Source of the DNA: a virus
Direction: 5' to 3' (one strand)
Length of the DNA stretch: 42,133 bases
IMG/VR virus record: IMGVR_UViG_3300017613_001174
The notes under the pieces are model-generated. The model ran no database searches, had not been told where the DNA came from, and worked only from the letters and a program-made list of their open reading frames with translations. The translations under genes were made by a program, and so were the position numbers. Shown piece by piece: positions 1 through 7,705 of the stretch (positions within the stretch are counted from its first letter, which is position 1; each line of letters begins with the position of its first letter).

Positions 1-121
1 ATGGAGACGCCTGGGACATAGGCGCTTATGAATATGCAGACAAATTGATATCAGGTGGAGCTAACACGGTATCAATAGGAAGCAATTCGATAGGTGTGCC
101 GTGATTGCACATAAACATGGG
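1..121. repeat. Terminal overlap copy 1, identical to 42013-42133. Implies a circular or terminally redundant unit of 42012 bp.
   Basis: The first 121 nt read identically at the window end. Bases 1-104 duplicate the 3' end (TGA at 102-104) of CDS 40383-42116. Confidence 0.9.
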
Positions 122-141
122 CATGCACACAAACATGTGCA
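106..141. repeat. Tandem 2 x 18 bp direct repeat
   Basis: tgcacataaacatgggca (106-123) is followed directly by tgcacacaaacatgtgca (124-141), 16/18 identical. It starts 2 nt after the stop of the last tail gene. Confidence 0.7.
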
Positions 142-271
142 TATCAAAAGAGGCTTTTTCTGTTAATAATTGTAACATATTGAATTTATTAATACAAAAA
201 TTGTGGCACGTGCATTGCAATATTATTTATGTGGGAATTAATGAAAATTTCCGTAAACCGGGAGAACAAAT

Positions 272-577
272 GTGCTAAACGAAAAAACATACGATCCCCA
301 TTGCATACATTCGGAAGACTGGGGCCACATAAAAACCAAGGTTGCAGTGATCTGTAAAGAGCGGATAGCAGACAAAAAAGAATCTCACGAGTTTGAAACA
401 TTTATAGTCGCGCAATTAAAAGACCAACGCAATTCTATTAAAAACGATTTTGAAAAAGCCGAGGTCGCAGCAAAGGAGACTTTCGTCACAAAAGATGAGG
501 CCAAGTCCATGATACGAGTTTTTTACTTTTTTATCGCAGCGGTTATTAGTTATTTGATGAGAGATTTAGTCCCATGA
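272..577 (+). CDS. Small protein with a coiled-coil-like middle and a C-terminal TM helix (XhlA-like architecture, function unknown)
   Basis: GTG start 7 nt after gggaga. C-terminal VFYFFIAAVISYLM hydrophobic helix. The stop overlaps the next start (ATGA). Confidence 0.55.
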   Translation: MLNEKTYDPHCIHSEDWGHIKTKVAVICKERIADKKESHEFETFIVAQLKDQRNSIKNDFEKAEVAAKETFVTKDEAKSMIRVFYFFIAAVISYLMRDLVP

Positions 578-1026
578 AAAATCTGATAAACTGGATAATA
601 ATTCTATTGATATTGTTTATAGTTTATAACACTGCGATGGTAGGTGCAAATTTCATCCCCTGGTACACCCAAGAGGATCCGATGACAATCGACAGGCAGG
701 CGTACAATCCAGGAGATTCTGTAACGTTAACAATCAGCCGGCGGGCGCTTGTTGATCTGACCGCATGGGTTACAGCAGAGTTAATAAGATTAGACGGAGA
801 GGTTGAGGTTGAAGTTTACAAAAAAACCTGGAAGATCGTGATGGGCGCTGGTAGAAAAACACTGGAGGTTGATTGGCTTTTACCGAGTAAAAAACAGTGT
901 CCGTGGCTAGGAGCCAATACGTTTATTTGGAAGGGCGCGATTGAATATCAACCGCCCTTGGGATTGCCTAAAAGACTGGTTTATTTTAAATCAGAAAAAT
1001 TCCATATCGAGGCGCCTGATGCGTGA
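574..1026 (+). CDS. N-terminally membrane-anchored protein, unknown function
   Basis: ATG in an ATGA overlap with the upstream gene. N-terminus is MKNLINWIIILLILFIVYNTAMV, strongly hydrophobic. Confidence 0.7.
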   Translation: MKNLINWIIILLILFIVYNTAMVGANFIPWYTQEDPMTIDRQAYNPGDSVTLTISRRALVDLTAWVTAELIRLDGEVEVEVYKKTWKIVMGAGRKTLEVDWLLPSKKQCPWLGANTFIWKGAIEYQPPLGLPKRLVYFKSEKFHIEAPDA

Positions 1027-1198
1027 AATGCCACCGGAATGTGAGATTGTTAAAGAACTTTATTACCGACAATGCTGTGCGTGTAAAGAGAAGTGCGATG
1101 TTGGTAAGAGGGACATAGCAACGTTTGAGCGGCATCAGAACGACAAATGGTATTGTGAGATGTGGGAAGATATAGACGAAGTTTTGGGAAGCAGATGA
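1019..1198 (+). CDS. Cys-rich small protein
   Basis: ATG at 1019 overlaps the upstream stop. The long ORF-track version (941) would overlap the previous gene by 86 nt. Contains a CCACKEKC motif. Confidence 0.5.
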   Translation: MREMPPECEIVKELYYRQCCACKEKCDVGKRDIATFERHQNDKWYCEMWEDIDEVLGSR

Positions 1199-1377
1199 AA
1201 CATTGTGCAGAATTCAATAACCAGTATTGTGTGTGCGAAACGATTTTATGGGCAGCTCAAAATAACAAGTGTGATTATGCCGAAAAGTCGCGCTATCATA
1301 ATCGATGTATGTACCAGGGGGATAATGAAAGATGTGATAACTTAGACGTATTTAACGAATTGAAAGGTAAAAAATGA
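1195..1377 (+). CDS. Cys-rich small protein
   Basis: ATGA overlap at 1195-1198. Seven Cys in 60 aa. Confidence 0.55.
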   Translation: MKHCAEFNNQYCVCETILWAAQNNKCDYAEKSRYHNRCMYQGDNERCDNLDVFNELKGKK

Positions 1378-1568
1378 ACATTCCAAATTTCGATGATAAA
1401 GATCTAGCCATAATTGGCATTGTTATGATCGCAGTTGTTGGATTTTTAGTTGGGTGGGGCATGGGCGTTGAACCCACGGCGCTATATCCATTCGGTGGAA
1501 CTTGTGTGGCTTGTATCGGGGCGCTTGCGACTGGCAGGAAAAAACAAGTTGAGCAGCCGGAGAAATAA
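1374..1568 (+). CDS. Small two-TM membrane protein with a charged C-terminus (holin-like topology)
   Basis: ATGA overlap at 1374. Hydrophobic segments LAIIGIVMIAVVGFLVGWG and GGTCVACIGALATG, then RKKQVEQPEK. Confidence 0.6.
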   Translation: MNIPNFDDKDLAIIGIVMIAVVGFLVGWGMGVEPTALYPFGGTCVACIGALATGRKKQVEQPEK

Positions 1569-1688
1569 GAGGCTTCCACCGATCGGCACGCTATACTGGG
1601 GTGTGCTGATTAGTTAAAAAATAAATTTCGGGCATCCCTGACATCGGTGCAGGGGTTGGAGCTCGTTGCGGTTAAGGTTCATGGGAGT

Positions 1689-1711
1689 GGCCCACCGCAG
1701 CGGGCTTTTTT
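1689..1711 (+). terminator. Weak intrinsic terminator candidate
   Basis: GC stem gccc/gggc with an 8-nt loop, followed by tttttt (1706-1711). Confidence 0.35.
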
Positions 1712-1775
1712 GCGTTTATAACATGGGGTTATAGTAAATATAACATTATTTATTTTACAAATAGTAAAACAATGC

Positions 1776-1804
1776 TTGACAAGGTGTAAAGTTTTAGTTA
1801 TTAT
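1776..1804 (+). promoter_or_regulatory. Sigma70-type promoter
   Basis: TTGACA (1776-1781), 17-nt spacer, TATTAT (1799-1804). Inverted repeats lie just upstream: tataac/gttata at 1717-1733 and ttttac/gtaaaa at 1753-1769. Confidence 0.6.
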
Positions 1805-1838
1805 GAAATTAAAAACACAACAAAAAAGGAGAAAAAAA

Positions 1839-2009
1839 ATGTTAAACGCAGCGGACAGAAAAAGAATGAATGAAATAGTTTGCGACTCAATAGTAAAAAA
1901 CATGAAAGCCGGTCTGACCTACAAAAAAGCAAAAAATGCCACCTACAACAGAATGCACAGAGACCACTCGGAAGTTTTAGCAGCCTGGTTAAACCGAAAT
2001 AAAAAATAA
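1839..2009 (+). CDS. Small hypothetical protein (56 aa)
   Basis: ATG 6 nt after aaggag. The longer track ORF (1776) would start inside the promoter. Confidence 0.6.
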   Translation: MLNAADRKRMNEIVCDSIVKNMKAGLTYKKAKNATYNRMHRDHSEVLAAWLNRNKK

Positions 2010-2017
2010 CCCAAACC

Positions 2018-2035
2018 GCCCCGCTTCGGCGGGGC
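2018..2035. other. Perfect 7-bp GC hairpin with a TTCG tetraloop
   Basis: gccccgc ttcg gcggggc. There is no U-tract on the + strand, so it may be a processing or stability element or a weak terminator. Confidence 0.5.
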
Positions 2036-2053
2036 AAACGAGGAGAATGAAAA

Positions 2054-2257
2054 ATGAAAACATTTAAAAACGGACACGATGGATATCACGCGGGAGAAAA
2101 TAGAAACTCAAAAAACGGTGTCCAGTGGTTAAAGGGCTGGGATAATGCCAAATTTGGACGCAGATTGAATGGGACATTGCCGAAAAATGATAGTGCGCGG
2201 CGGTACAGCGGGCCGCAAAATCTGGCGCGGAGTGTCGATTTAGGCTATGCGCAATAA
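2054..2257 (+). CDS. Small hypothetical protein (67 aa)
   Basis: ATG preceded by aggaga. Confidence 0.6.
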   Translation: MKTFKNGHDGYHAGENRNSKNGVQWLKGWDNAKFGRRLNGTLPKNDSARRYSGPQNLARSVDLGYAQ

Positions 2258-2308
2258 GATAGTTTGGAATTGGCTATAAAAACTAACCTTAAAACGGGAG
2301 GATGAAAA

Positions 2309-2683
2309 ATGAACGGAAGGCAATGGAAAGACGAAATCGCGGTTATGACAAATTTTGAACTTGAGCATTACGAATTCGGCTTGAACAAACTGAAAAATTG
2401 GGAATCGTTTGAAAGGGAATTCGGTTGCGGTGCGAGTCTGGCTACCTTGCGCGGTATGATCAGCAATGAAAGGACAAGCAGAATTGTCGGCGGGTTCATT
2501 CCTGAAAAAAAGAAATTCGATCTGTACAAAACGGCAAAGGTCAAAACTTCTGCTCCGGTCGAACATGCCGGGGAGTTTGTCAAAGTTACCGGGCACGTCA
2601 ACGAAACGCTGGTTGACATCGAATTTATCAACGGGGAGTCGGGCCGATATCACAAATGCCACCTGGAACGTTTCTGTCTGTAA
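2309..2683 (+). CDS. Hypothetical protein (124 aa)
   Basis: ATG preceded by gggagga. A strong terminator follows. Confidence 0.7.
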   Translation: MNGRQWKDEIAVMTNFELEHYEFGLNKLKNWESFEREFGCGASLATLRGMISNERTSRIVGGFIPEKKKFDLYKTAKVKTSAPVEHAGEFVKVTGHVNETLVDIEFINGESGRYHKCHLERFCL

Positions 2684-2693
2684 AATTTAACTT

Positions 2694-2720
2694 GCCGGAG
2701 CCTACGGGTTCCGGCTTTTT
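2694..2720 (+). terminator. Rho-independent terminator
   Basis: gccggagcc / ggttccggc stem (one G-U pair) with a 4-nt loop, then ttttt (2716-2720). Confidence 0.75.
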
Positions 2721-2736
2721 AATTGGGAGGTAAATA

Positions 2737-2994
2737 ATGTTCAAATCAAATCAATGGATCAAGAGACCGTGGGGCTTGCAACTTGATTGCATGGAAATCA
2801 CAACAACTAAGTTTGGGGAATATCGCTTGTGGGATTCATCGGCGGAGCGCACCGGGGATTATACAATCGGGATATACCCTACGCTGGCAAAAGCCAAAAG
2901 GGTTGGCGTGGCGCTCTTGAATGAGGCCATGTGGGAAGGTGCTGAAAAGTGCGATCATATCATTTGGGGAGGTGGTGTATATGCGGCAACGTGA
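2737..2994 (+). CDS. Hypothetical protein (85 aa)
   Basis: ATG preceded by gggagg. Confidence 0.65.
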   Translation: MFKSNQWIKRPWGLQLDCMEITTTKFGEYRLWDSSAERTGDYTIGIYPTLAKAKRVGVALLNEAMWEGAEKCDHIIWGGGVYAAT

Positions 2995-3187
2995 ATTGGC
3001 GTTTAAATGTTCGGTGAGCGAATCGCAAATATCGCTTATAATGTCCGGGGAGCGGCGTCCATCGTGGGATTTGGCAATTTTGTTGGGTCAGGAGACAGGA
3101 ACGGAAACGTGGTTCTGGATGGAAAGCACACCGGAAGAAAAAAAGGCGGCACTGAAATCCGCTGGGAAAAAGGGAGGTGGTAAATAA
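2981..3187 (+). CDS. Small HTH DNA-binding protein (Cro/XRE or YdaS-like)
   Basis: ATG at 2981 after ggaggtgg. RELAFKCSVSESQISLIMSGERRPS resembles a helix-turn-helix. Confidence 0.65.
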   Translation: MRQRELAFKCSVSESQISLIMSGERRPSWDLAILLGQETGTETWFWMESTPEEKKAALKSAGKKGGGK

Positions 3188-3188
3188 A

Positions 3189-3380
3189 ATGCCGAGCAAA
3201 TGGTTACAATTTGAAAGGGTAGAGTTCACCGGAAAAACTGAAAAATGGGATGTTATTTCTAAATCAACAGGGGCTATTTTGGGGAGAATAAAGTGGTACG
3301 GGCCATGGCGACAATATTGCTTTTTTCCTTCCATTTCTCCATTTTGCGGAAAGCCATCTTGTATTGAGCCACCAGAATGA
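3189..3380 (+). CDS. Conserved-looking small phage protein (KW-VIS...G.I.WYGPWRQY.FFP motif), unknown function
   Basis: ATG at 3189 after ggaggtgg. Last + gene before the convergent junction. Confidence 0.55.
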   Translation: MPSKWLQFERVEFTGKTEKWDVISKSTGAILGRIKWYGPWRQYCFFPSISPFCGKPSCIEPPE

Positions 3381-3413
3381 TTAACAACATCCTAATCCTG
3401 TCGTTCAACGCTT

Positions 3414-3659
3414 TCATTTTTTTTGTCCCTTCCATTTGTAAAACGGTCCCCAAGCAACATGATTTGGTGATGGCTGATTTATGAACGGTTCACCATCTTT
3501 TTTTAGGAAAAGGGGGCCGAAGTATGGGCTGTGTGTCCACTTCCATAATTTCCCGTTTATGTCCACACCTTCCCCGAAATAGAGAGCATGTGAACAGCTT
3601 GCGCAGTATTCGCAGTTGTAATGATGACAATCTAGGCTTGTACATTTATCTATACCCAT
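3414..3659 (-). CDS. Cys-rich small protein
   Basis: ATG at 3659 after aggaag. Contains CTSLDCHHYNCEYCASC. Confidence 0.6.
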   Translation of the reverse strand: MGIDKCTSLDCHHYNCEYCASCSHALYFGEGVDINGKLWKWTHSPYFGPLFLKKDGEPFINQPSPNHVAWGPFYKWKGQKK

Positions 3660-4260
3660 GCCCCCACTTCCTATCCTCACGCTCCTCTATTCTTTTTCGG
3701 AATTTCAAATAATCGCGTTTCCATGAACTCTGCCAACCGCATCGCCGCCCATATTTGCGGTGCAGCGTTGCCATTGTTTCCAGATTATCAGTACAAATAT
3801 TGTCCCAAATATCATGCCACACAACATCATAGCGGGTGTTTTTGGGTGGTTTGTATTCAAGGGCGTTTGCGTGGATTATGGTTAACATGGGGTGGGTGAA
3901 ATGAGAGCCAACTAAATTGATTACATCGGCTTCCTTTTCGACTACGACAACAGAATTAACCTCGGTTTTTTTAAGTATGGCGCTCAAGCAAACTCCAAGG
4001 CCCAACCCGTTAATCAGAACGGAACCTTTTGCAGCGTGAATAAAGGATATGTGATCTCCGATTTCATCAGGCGTGTTCGACATAATTGTCTGTCCGTTTC
4101 TTGTAAGGCGCTTGTATGTTCCGGGTTCATAGTTGGTTGTTGGGCCACTGGAAAACATTGAACGGATGTTGTGAAATTCGGCATCTTCTTTTGTGATTAC
4201 AAAGGTGCTTATTTTCCAGGCTCCTATTTTACTATCGGGAATATCAACACTTATCTTCAT
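3646..4260 (-). CDS. Class I SAM-dependent methyltransferase-like protein
   Basis: Rossmann-like motifs VLINGLGLG, VVVVEKE, IIHANALEY and YDVVWHDIW. Confidence 0.6.
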   Translation of the reverse strand: MKISVDIPDSKIGAWKISTFVITKEDAEFHNIRSMFSSGPTTNYEPGTYKRLTRNGQTIMSNTPDEIGDHISFIHAAKGSVLINGLGLGVCLSAILKKTEVNSVVVVEKEADVINLVGSHFTHPMLTIIHANALEYKPPKNTRYDVVWHDIWDNICTDNLETMATLHRKYGRRCGWQSSWKRDYLKFRKRIEEREDRKWGHGYR

Positions 4261-4284
4261 TTTATAACTTCCTTCCTTTAGTCT

Positions 4285-4515
4285 TCATGGCGGATGACAA
4301 AGTTTGTGACACCAAAGGGAATTTTCCAGAGAATCATCCCCGCCCGCGGCGACCGACTTAATATGGTGGATGCTGCCCTCTTCAAAATAGCACCATTTAC
4401 CACAAACTTCACAGTTAAATTCAGCCCTCTTATAAGCTGCCATTCGTAGTTTATGATAATCTTCTTTGTTTAATTTGATTCGCTTTTTCTTTGGGTCGGG
4501 GTTGAAATATTCCAC
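4285..4515 (-). CDS. HNH endonuclease
   Basis: CEVCG...HHIKSVAAGGDDSLENSLWCHKLCH. Probable GTG start at 4515 after agagga, overlapping the upstream TAG by 1 nt. Confidence 0.8.
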   Translation of the reverse strand: MEYFNPDPKKKRIKLNKEDYHKLRMAAYKRAEFNCEVCGKWCYFEEGSIHHIKSVAAGGDDSLENSLWCHKLCHPP

Positions 4516-4736
4516 TACAGTTCCTCTAAGTCTAAATAGCCCCAACCCTCGTCGGCCATCTCGTAATTGTATTTTTTAAGAATGAAGTCTTTCAAATCCT
4601 TTGGTAATTCAATATCGTTGATTTCAACATGAGCTGGTATTCTTGGTTCATTCCATCTATCGCCGGATTCTTTTTCATATTTAGCGTGGACTGTTACTTC
4701 AATTTCAACAGGAAATGGGTAGTTAATCTCGGTCAT
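4515..4736 (-). CDS. Acidic hypothetical protein (73 aa)
   Basis: ATG after aggagg. Confidence 0.65.
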   Translation of the reverse strand: MTEINYPFPVEIEVTVHAKYEKESGDRWNEPRIPAHVEINDIELPKDLKDFILKKYNYEMADEGWGYLDLEEL

Positions 4737-4746
4737 AGTGCCTCCT

Positions 4747-5130
4747 TCACCCTGTCATAAACCGTTCTGATTTATGCCAACTCAAATATGATCTGAGAAT
4801 ATCGAGCTGGCTTCTTAGATCCTTCATTGATTCTATACAGGCCTTTTCAACACCAAGCGCGACCTCATATTTCATTTCTAATTTACTGACTTCACGATCC
4901 CCGGAAACTAATTCTTTTCTGATGGTTACGGGATCATCGGATAGCTCTAATATTTTTCTTGCATAAGCAATTCGCCAATCCCGTTTCTTCTGAGCGCGGT
5001 CTTCAATGAGCTGAGAATATTCAACATTCTTAGAATTAAGCAGAATATTTTTCTTCTTTATTCCATGCTCAATTTGAGATACCGTGATTTCTAATTCTGA
5101 TGGTGCCGGTGGTGTTTTGGATGGGAACAT
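4747..5130 (-). CDS. Hypothetical coiled-coil protein
   Basis: ATG preceded by aaagga. Confidence 0.6.
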   Translation of the reverse strand: MFPSKTPPAPSELEITVSQIEHGIKKKNILLNSKNVEYSQLIEDRAQKKRDWRIAYARKILELSDDPVTIRKELVSGDREVSKLEMKYEVALGVEKACIESMKDLRSQLDILRSYLSWHKSERFMTG

Positions 5131-5293
5131 GTGTTTTTATCCTTTGATAATTATCTAGTTTACATTTTGGACATTTATTTTTACGTCTTACATCCTTTAA
5201 AAAAAATAATGATTTGCAATTAAAATTCCTGCATCTAACCCAAGAACGATCAAATTCCGACCGGAACCATCTGTCTGTTAATTTTTTAGTCAT
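5069..5293 (-). CDS. Zinc-ribbon small protein
   Basis: ATG at 5293 after ggagg. CRNFNC...CPKC. The 3' end overlaps the next gene by 62 nt. Confidence 0.55.
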   Translation of the reverse strand: MTKKLTDRWFRSEFDRSWVRCRNFNCKSLFFLKDVRRKNKCPKCKLDNYQRIKTHVPIQNTTGTIRIRNHGISN

Positions 5294-5304
5294 AGAGACC
5301 TCCA

Positions 5305-6012
5305 TCAAAAAGGAATGCCGTCGTCTTCTGCATCGACTCCCGGTTCACGTGGTTCTTGTTTTTCCCAGGGATCTTGATCCGGACCGATAATCCGGTTTCC
5401 AGATTGACCTTGCTGGCCGGTTTCATTGTATTCTTTAGAATTAAAATCAGGCGGATTGTCTTGAAAAGTTTCACGTTCTTTTATAACAGAATTAAAAGCT
5501 GTGGCAGTATCAACTCTACCACCCCCTAAAGGAGGGCCGTCTTCTATCTTACACACTGCTCTAAGCCCTGCTCCTACGCCGAGTTTGCCCATATAATCGT
5601 AAGCGTAAAAACCGATGTACGCCTGGACTATACAGCCGCCATAAATTTCATTTTCGTCTTTGAGTTCTTCATTGTACACATTGACAATTTGAGGTTGCCA
5701 AGCACTTTTAGCATTGAAAAATATTTTGCCATAGTAAAAGTTGGTCTTGTCGATTTCACCATCTTTAATGGCTTTTGATTCGCCATTCCTAAGAGGAAGA
5801 TTCAGTTTTGTGTAAAAGTCGGATGGATTGCTAGGCCATTTTTTCATTGCTGCTGCCCTGATTGCGTTTCTTAACCCTGACATATCCTCAGCCTTATCAA
5901 TCAAGAAAGTCGCTGAAAATTTCGGCGGATTGTCTTTAAAAGCTTTTGGTTCAAACAACTCCGGGTAAACGATAGTACATGGTGGTGTTAAACTAATTGT
6001 TGGATCTTGCAT
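5305..6012 (-). CDS. Phage ssDNA-binding protein (DUF2815-type)
   Basis: N-terminal TIVYPELFEPKAF pattern, Gly/Gln-rich linker and acidic SSB-type tail DAEDDGIPF. RBS aggagg. Confidence 0.8.
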   Translation of the reverse strand: MQDPTISLTPPCTIVYPELFEPKAFKDNPPKFSATFLIDKAEDMSGLRNAIRAAAMKKWPSNPSDFYTKLNLPLRNGESKAIKDGEIDKTNFYYGKIFFNAKSAWQPQIVNVYNEELKDENEIYGGCIVQAYIGFYAYDYMGKLGVGAGLRAVCKIEDGPPLGGGRVDTATAFNSVIKERETFQDNPPDFNSKEYNETGQQGQSGNRIIGPDQDPWEKQEPREPGVDAEDDGIPF

Positions 6013-6014
6013 GA

Positions 6015-6872
6015 TTACCTCCTTTGATATTGTTGGCAGAAATCTTTTACGTCACAATAATATTCACATCTGGTAGACTCCCCAGGACGTTTGACGATTG
6101 TATAGGTGTCTTTTGGTTTTGATTCGGCTAATTTATTAACCAATTTTATCGCATCCATTTCATCTTCAAATAATCTGGTAGCTTTTTTGTTGCCCTTTTT
6201 AATCACAGCATATTTGGTGGGTTTCTCCCATCTTTCTTCAGGAGTGCATTCTGGTAGTTTGCTGTCTGGTAGATCCTTACAATTTTCATGTTTAGCAATG
6301 CGATCTAAAATATAATCATTTGTTTGAGACATTTCCCATTTCTTAACAGGCAAAACAGCTACTTGATGTTTTGGATAATCAGGTACTTTAGCAGCTTGGA
6401 TTTTAGACCAGTCCCGAAAGATACAACATATTTTCATTGCCGAAACATCAAATCCATTTTGTTTTAAAATCCATTTGTAAATATTTAATTGAGCTTCCCA
6501 GTCAGGTTTCACACCGTCAATTAATACCCACCTTGACGTTAGTTTATAATCCCAAAGCACTTTATCAGAATCATAAAAATCCGGACTTCCAGATACCGTC
6601 CACAACCCACAAGTAGCCTTTAGCTGTTCTTCGATTAAAGCGTTTTTCACACCGCTGCGTTCAAGAATATAATGCAGATTATTTCCTACGAGGGGATAGA
6701 TAAGGTCGGATACATCAATTTCTATTTTATCTTTATATCTGTGCCTTAGTTCTCTGATTTGGGGCGGTCCTGGAAGCTCTGAGGCCGAATAATCACCTGT
6801 TTTATAATAGGGATCATTTGACAAGGATTTAAATAAGGTGTCAGGAAGGTTTGTTTTGTTTGTGTATTTCAT
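6015..6872 (-). CDS. PD-(D/E)XK nuclease, Cas4/RecB-like exonuclease
   Basis: SPDFYD...LWDYKLTS (D...D/E-x-K), QLNIYKW, and a C-terminal Cys cluster CEYYCDVKDFC plus an upstream C. Confidence 0.75.
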   Translation of the reverse strand: MKYTNKTNLPDTLFKSLSNDPYYKTGDYSASELPGPPQIRELRHRYKDKIEIDVSDLIYPLVGNNLHYILERSGVKNALIEEQLKATCGLWTVSGSPDFYDSDKVLWDYKLTSRWVLIDGVKPDWEAQLNIYKWILKQNGFDVSAMKICCIFRDWSKIQAAKVPDYPKHQVAVLPVKKWEMSQTNDYILDRIAKHENCKDLPDSKLPECTPEERWEKPTKYAVIKKGNKKATRLFEDEMDAIKLVNKLAESKPKDTYTIVKRPGESTRCEYYCDVKDFCQQYQRR

Positions 6873-6887
6873 TTAATTTCCTTTATT

Positions 6888-7112
6888 TTATGCCTGTACT
6901 ATTACATGAACAAATCCAGGCCTATCGCTACAAGGTACTCTCCCCAAAGATTCATCAAATCTCCAACCATGTGTTGTACCACAAGGATTTTTCTCTTCTG
7001 CAAGGTTTTCAATATCGTGATTCGACCAATCTTGTGGTATGCATAATTGCAACGATAACAATTCAGCACAAATTATTTCTGGTACATAATCATAGGCAAT
7101 AGGCTTAGTCAT
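6888..7112 (-). CDS. Hypothetical protein
   Basis: ATG at 7112 after gggagg; the track start at 7118 is TTG. Confidence 0.6.
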   Translation of the reverse strand: MTKPIAYDYVPEIICAELLSLQLCIPQDWSNHDIENLAEEKNPCGTTHGWRFDESLGRVPCSDRPGFVHVIVQA

Positions 7113-7275
7113 CCTCAACCTCCCTTATCTCAAATTTGGATTTAAATTTCGTCAGTCTCAACGGGGGAACAAACCTCCGGAAAGTTTCGTCCCAGTATTG
7201 CTGCTGCAACTTGTCGGTTTCGCGTATCAGAAATTCCAGTTTGTTTTTTAGTAATTCATATTCTTTATCTGTCAT
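7105..7275 (-). CDS. Hypothetical coiled-coil protein
   Basis: ATG at 7275 in a TAATG overlap, gggag 8 nt upstream. Confidence 0.55.
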   Translation of the reverse strand: MTDKEYELLKNKLEFLIRETDKLQQQYWDETFRRFVPPLRLTKFKSKFEIREVEDD

Positions 7276-7478
7276 TAGTGTCGCTCCCATATCGGTTTAG
7301 AAACCCTATGGGCTTCTTTAATTCGTCTCTGACAGCCCTCACAACGACAAAACGGTACATTGTCACGATGAGATAACACGGACCCACACTCAGGGCATAA
7401 TTCCAGCTTGGTTCCGATTTTAGGTCTTGGTGGTTTTTTTATGTTCAGAAATTCACAAATCCATTCAGGGGTTTCCAT
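7275..7478 (-). CDS. Zinc-ribbon small protein
   Basis: ATG at 7478 after ggagg. CPECG...CRCEGC. Confidence 0.6.
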   Translation of the reverse strand: METPEWICEFLNIKKPPRPKIGTKLELCPECGSVLSHRDNVPFCRCEGCQRRIKEAHRVSKPIWERH

Positions 7479-7513
7479 AGTTGCCTCCAATTAACTCTCG
7501 TCTATAATTGGTC

Positions 7514-7705
7514 CTATATATGGTGGCCGAGTTCAACCGTATCTTTTCCTCCAGCAATTACGGTACGTTGCAATTCATCAGCGCAAGTTTCTAGCACCTG
7601 TGCTTCGGCATACCACGCTTGTTGCGTCATTGAGTTTTTAGTTTTATCGCCCGCTTTTCTGCAATTCTCCGCTTGTTTTCTCCATTTTGCTATTAAATTT
7701 TCCAT
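7514..7705 (-). CDS. Hypothetical protein, first gene of the leftward operon
   Basis: ATG after aaggagg. Confidence 0.65.
   Translation of the reverse strand: MENLIAKWRKQAENCRKAGDKTKNSMTQQAWYAEAQVLETCADELQRTVIAGGKDTVELGHHI

Noticed and set aside
1019-1377. The Cys-rich 59-60 aa ORFs as RiPP precursor peptides for the radical SAM enzymes
   Set aside because: They are about 18 kb from the rSAM genes and in a different transcription unit. No leader/core organisation is visible. Pure speculation, so not reported as a finding.
1570-1712. tRNA/tmRNA-like gene in the structured spacer. The same question was asked of 7706-7880, 11824-12178 and 14664-14968.
   Set aside because: No cloverleaf could be drawn. 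There is no GTTCGAATC-type T-loop with a matching acceptor stem. No suppressor tRNA was found that could read the amber at 10070.
2240-2662. 140-aa ORF on the minus strand, plus the nested 2368-2631 and 2466-2690 ORFs
   Set aside because: They lie entirely antisense to or overlapping the RBS-preceded + gene 2309-2683. They have no RBS and sit inside a + strand promoter-to-terminator unit. Treated as shadow ORFs.
2960-3334. 124-aa minus-strand ORF across the HTH gene region
   Set aside because: It is antisense to two coupled + genes with good RBSs, and its composition looks like a mirror frame. No support.
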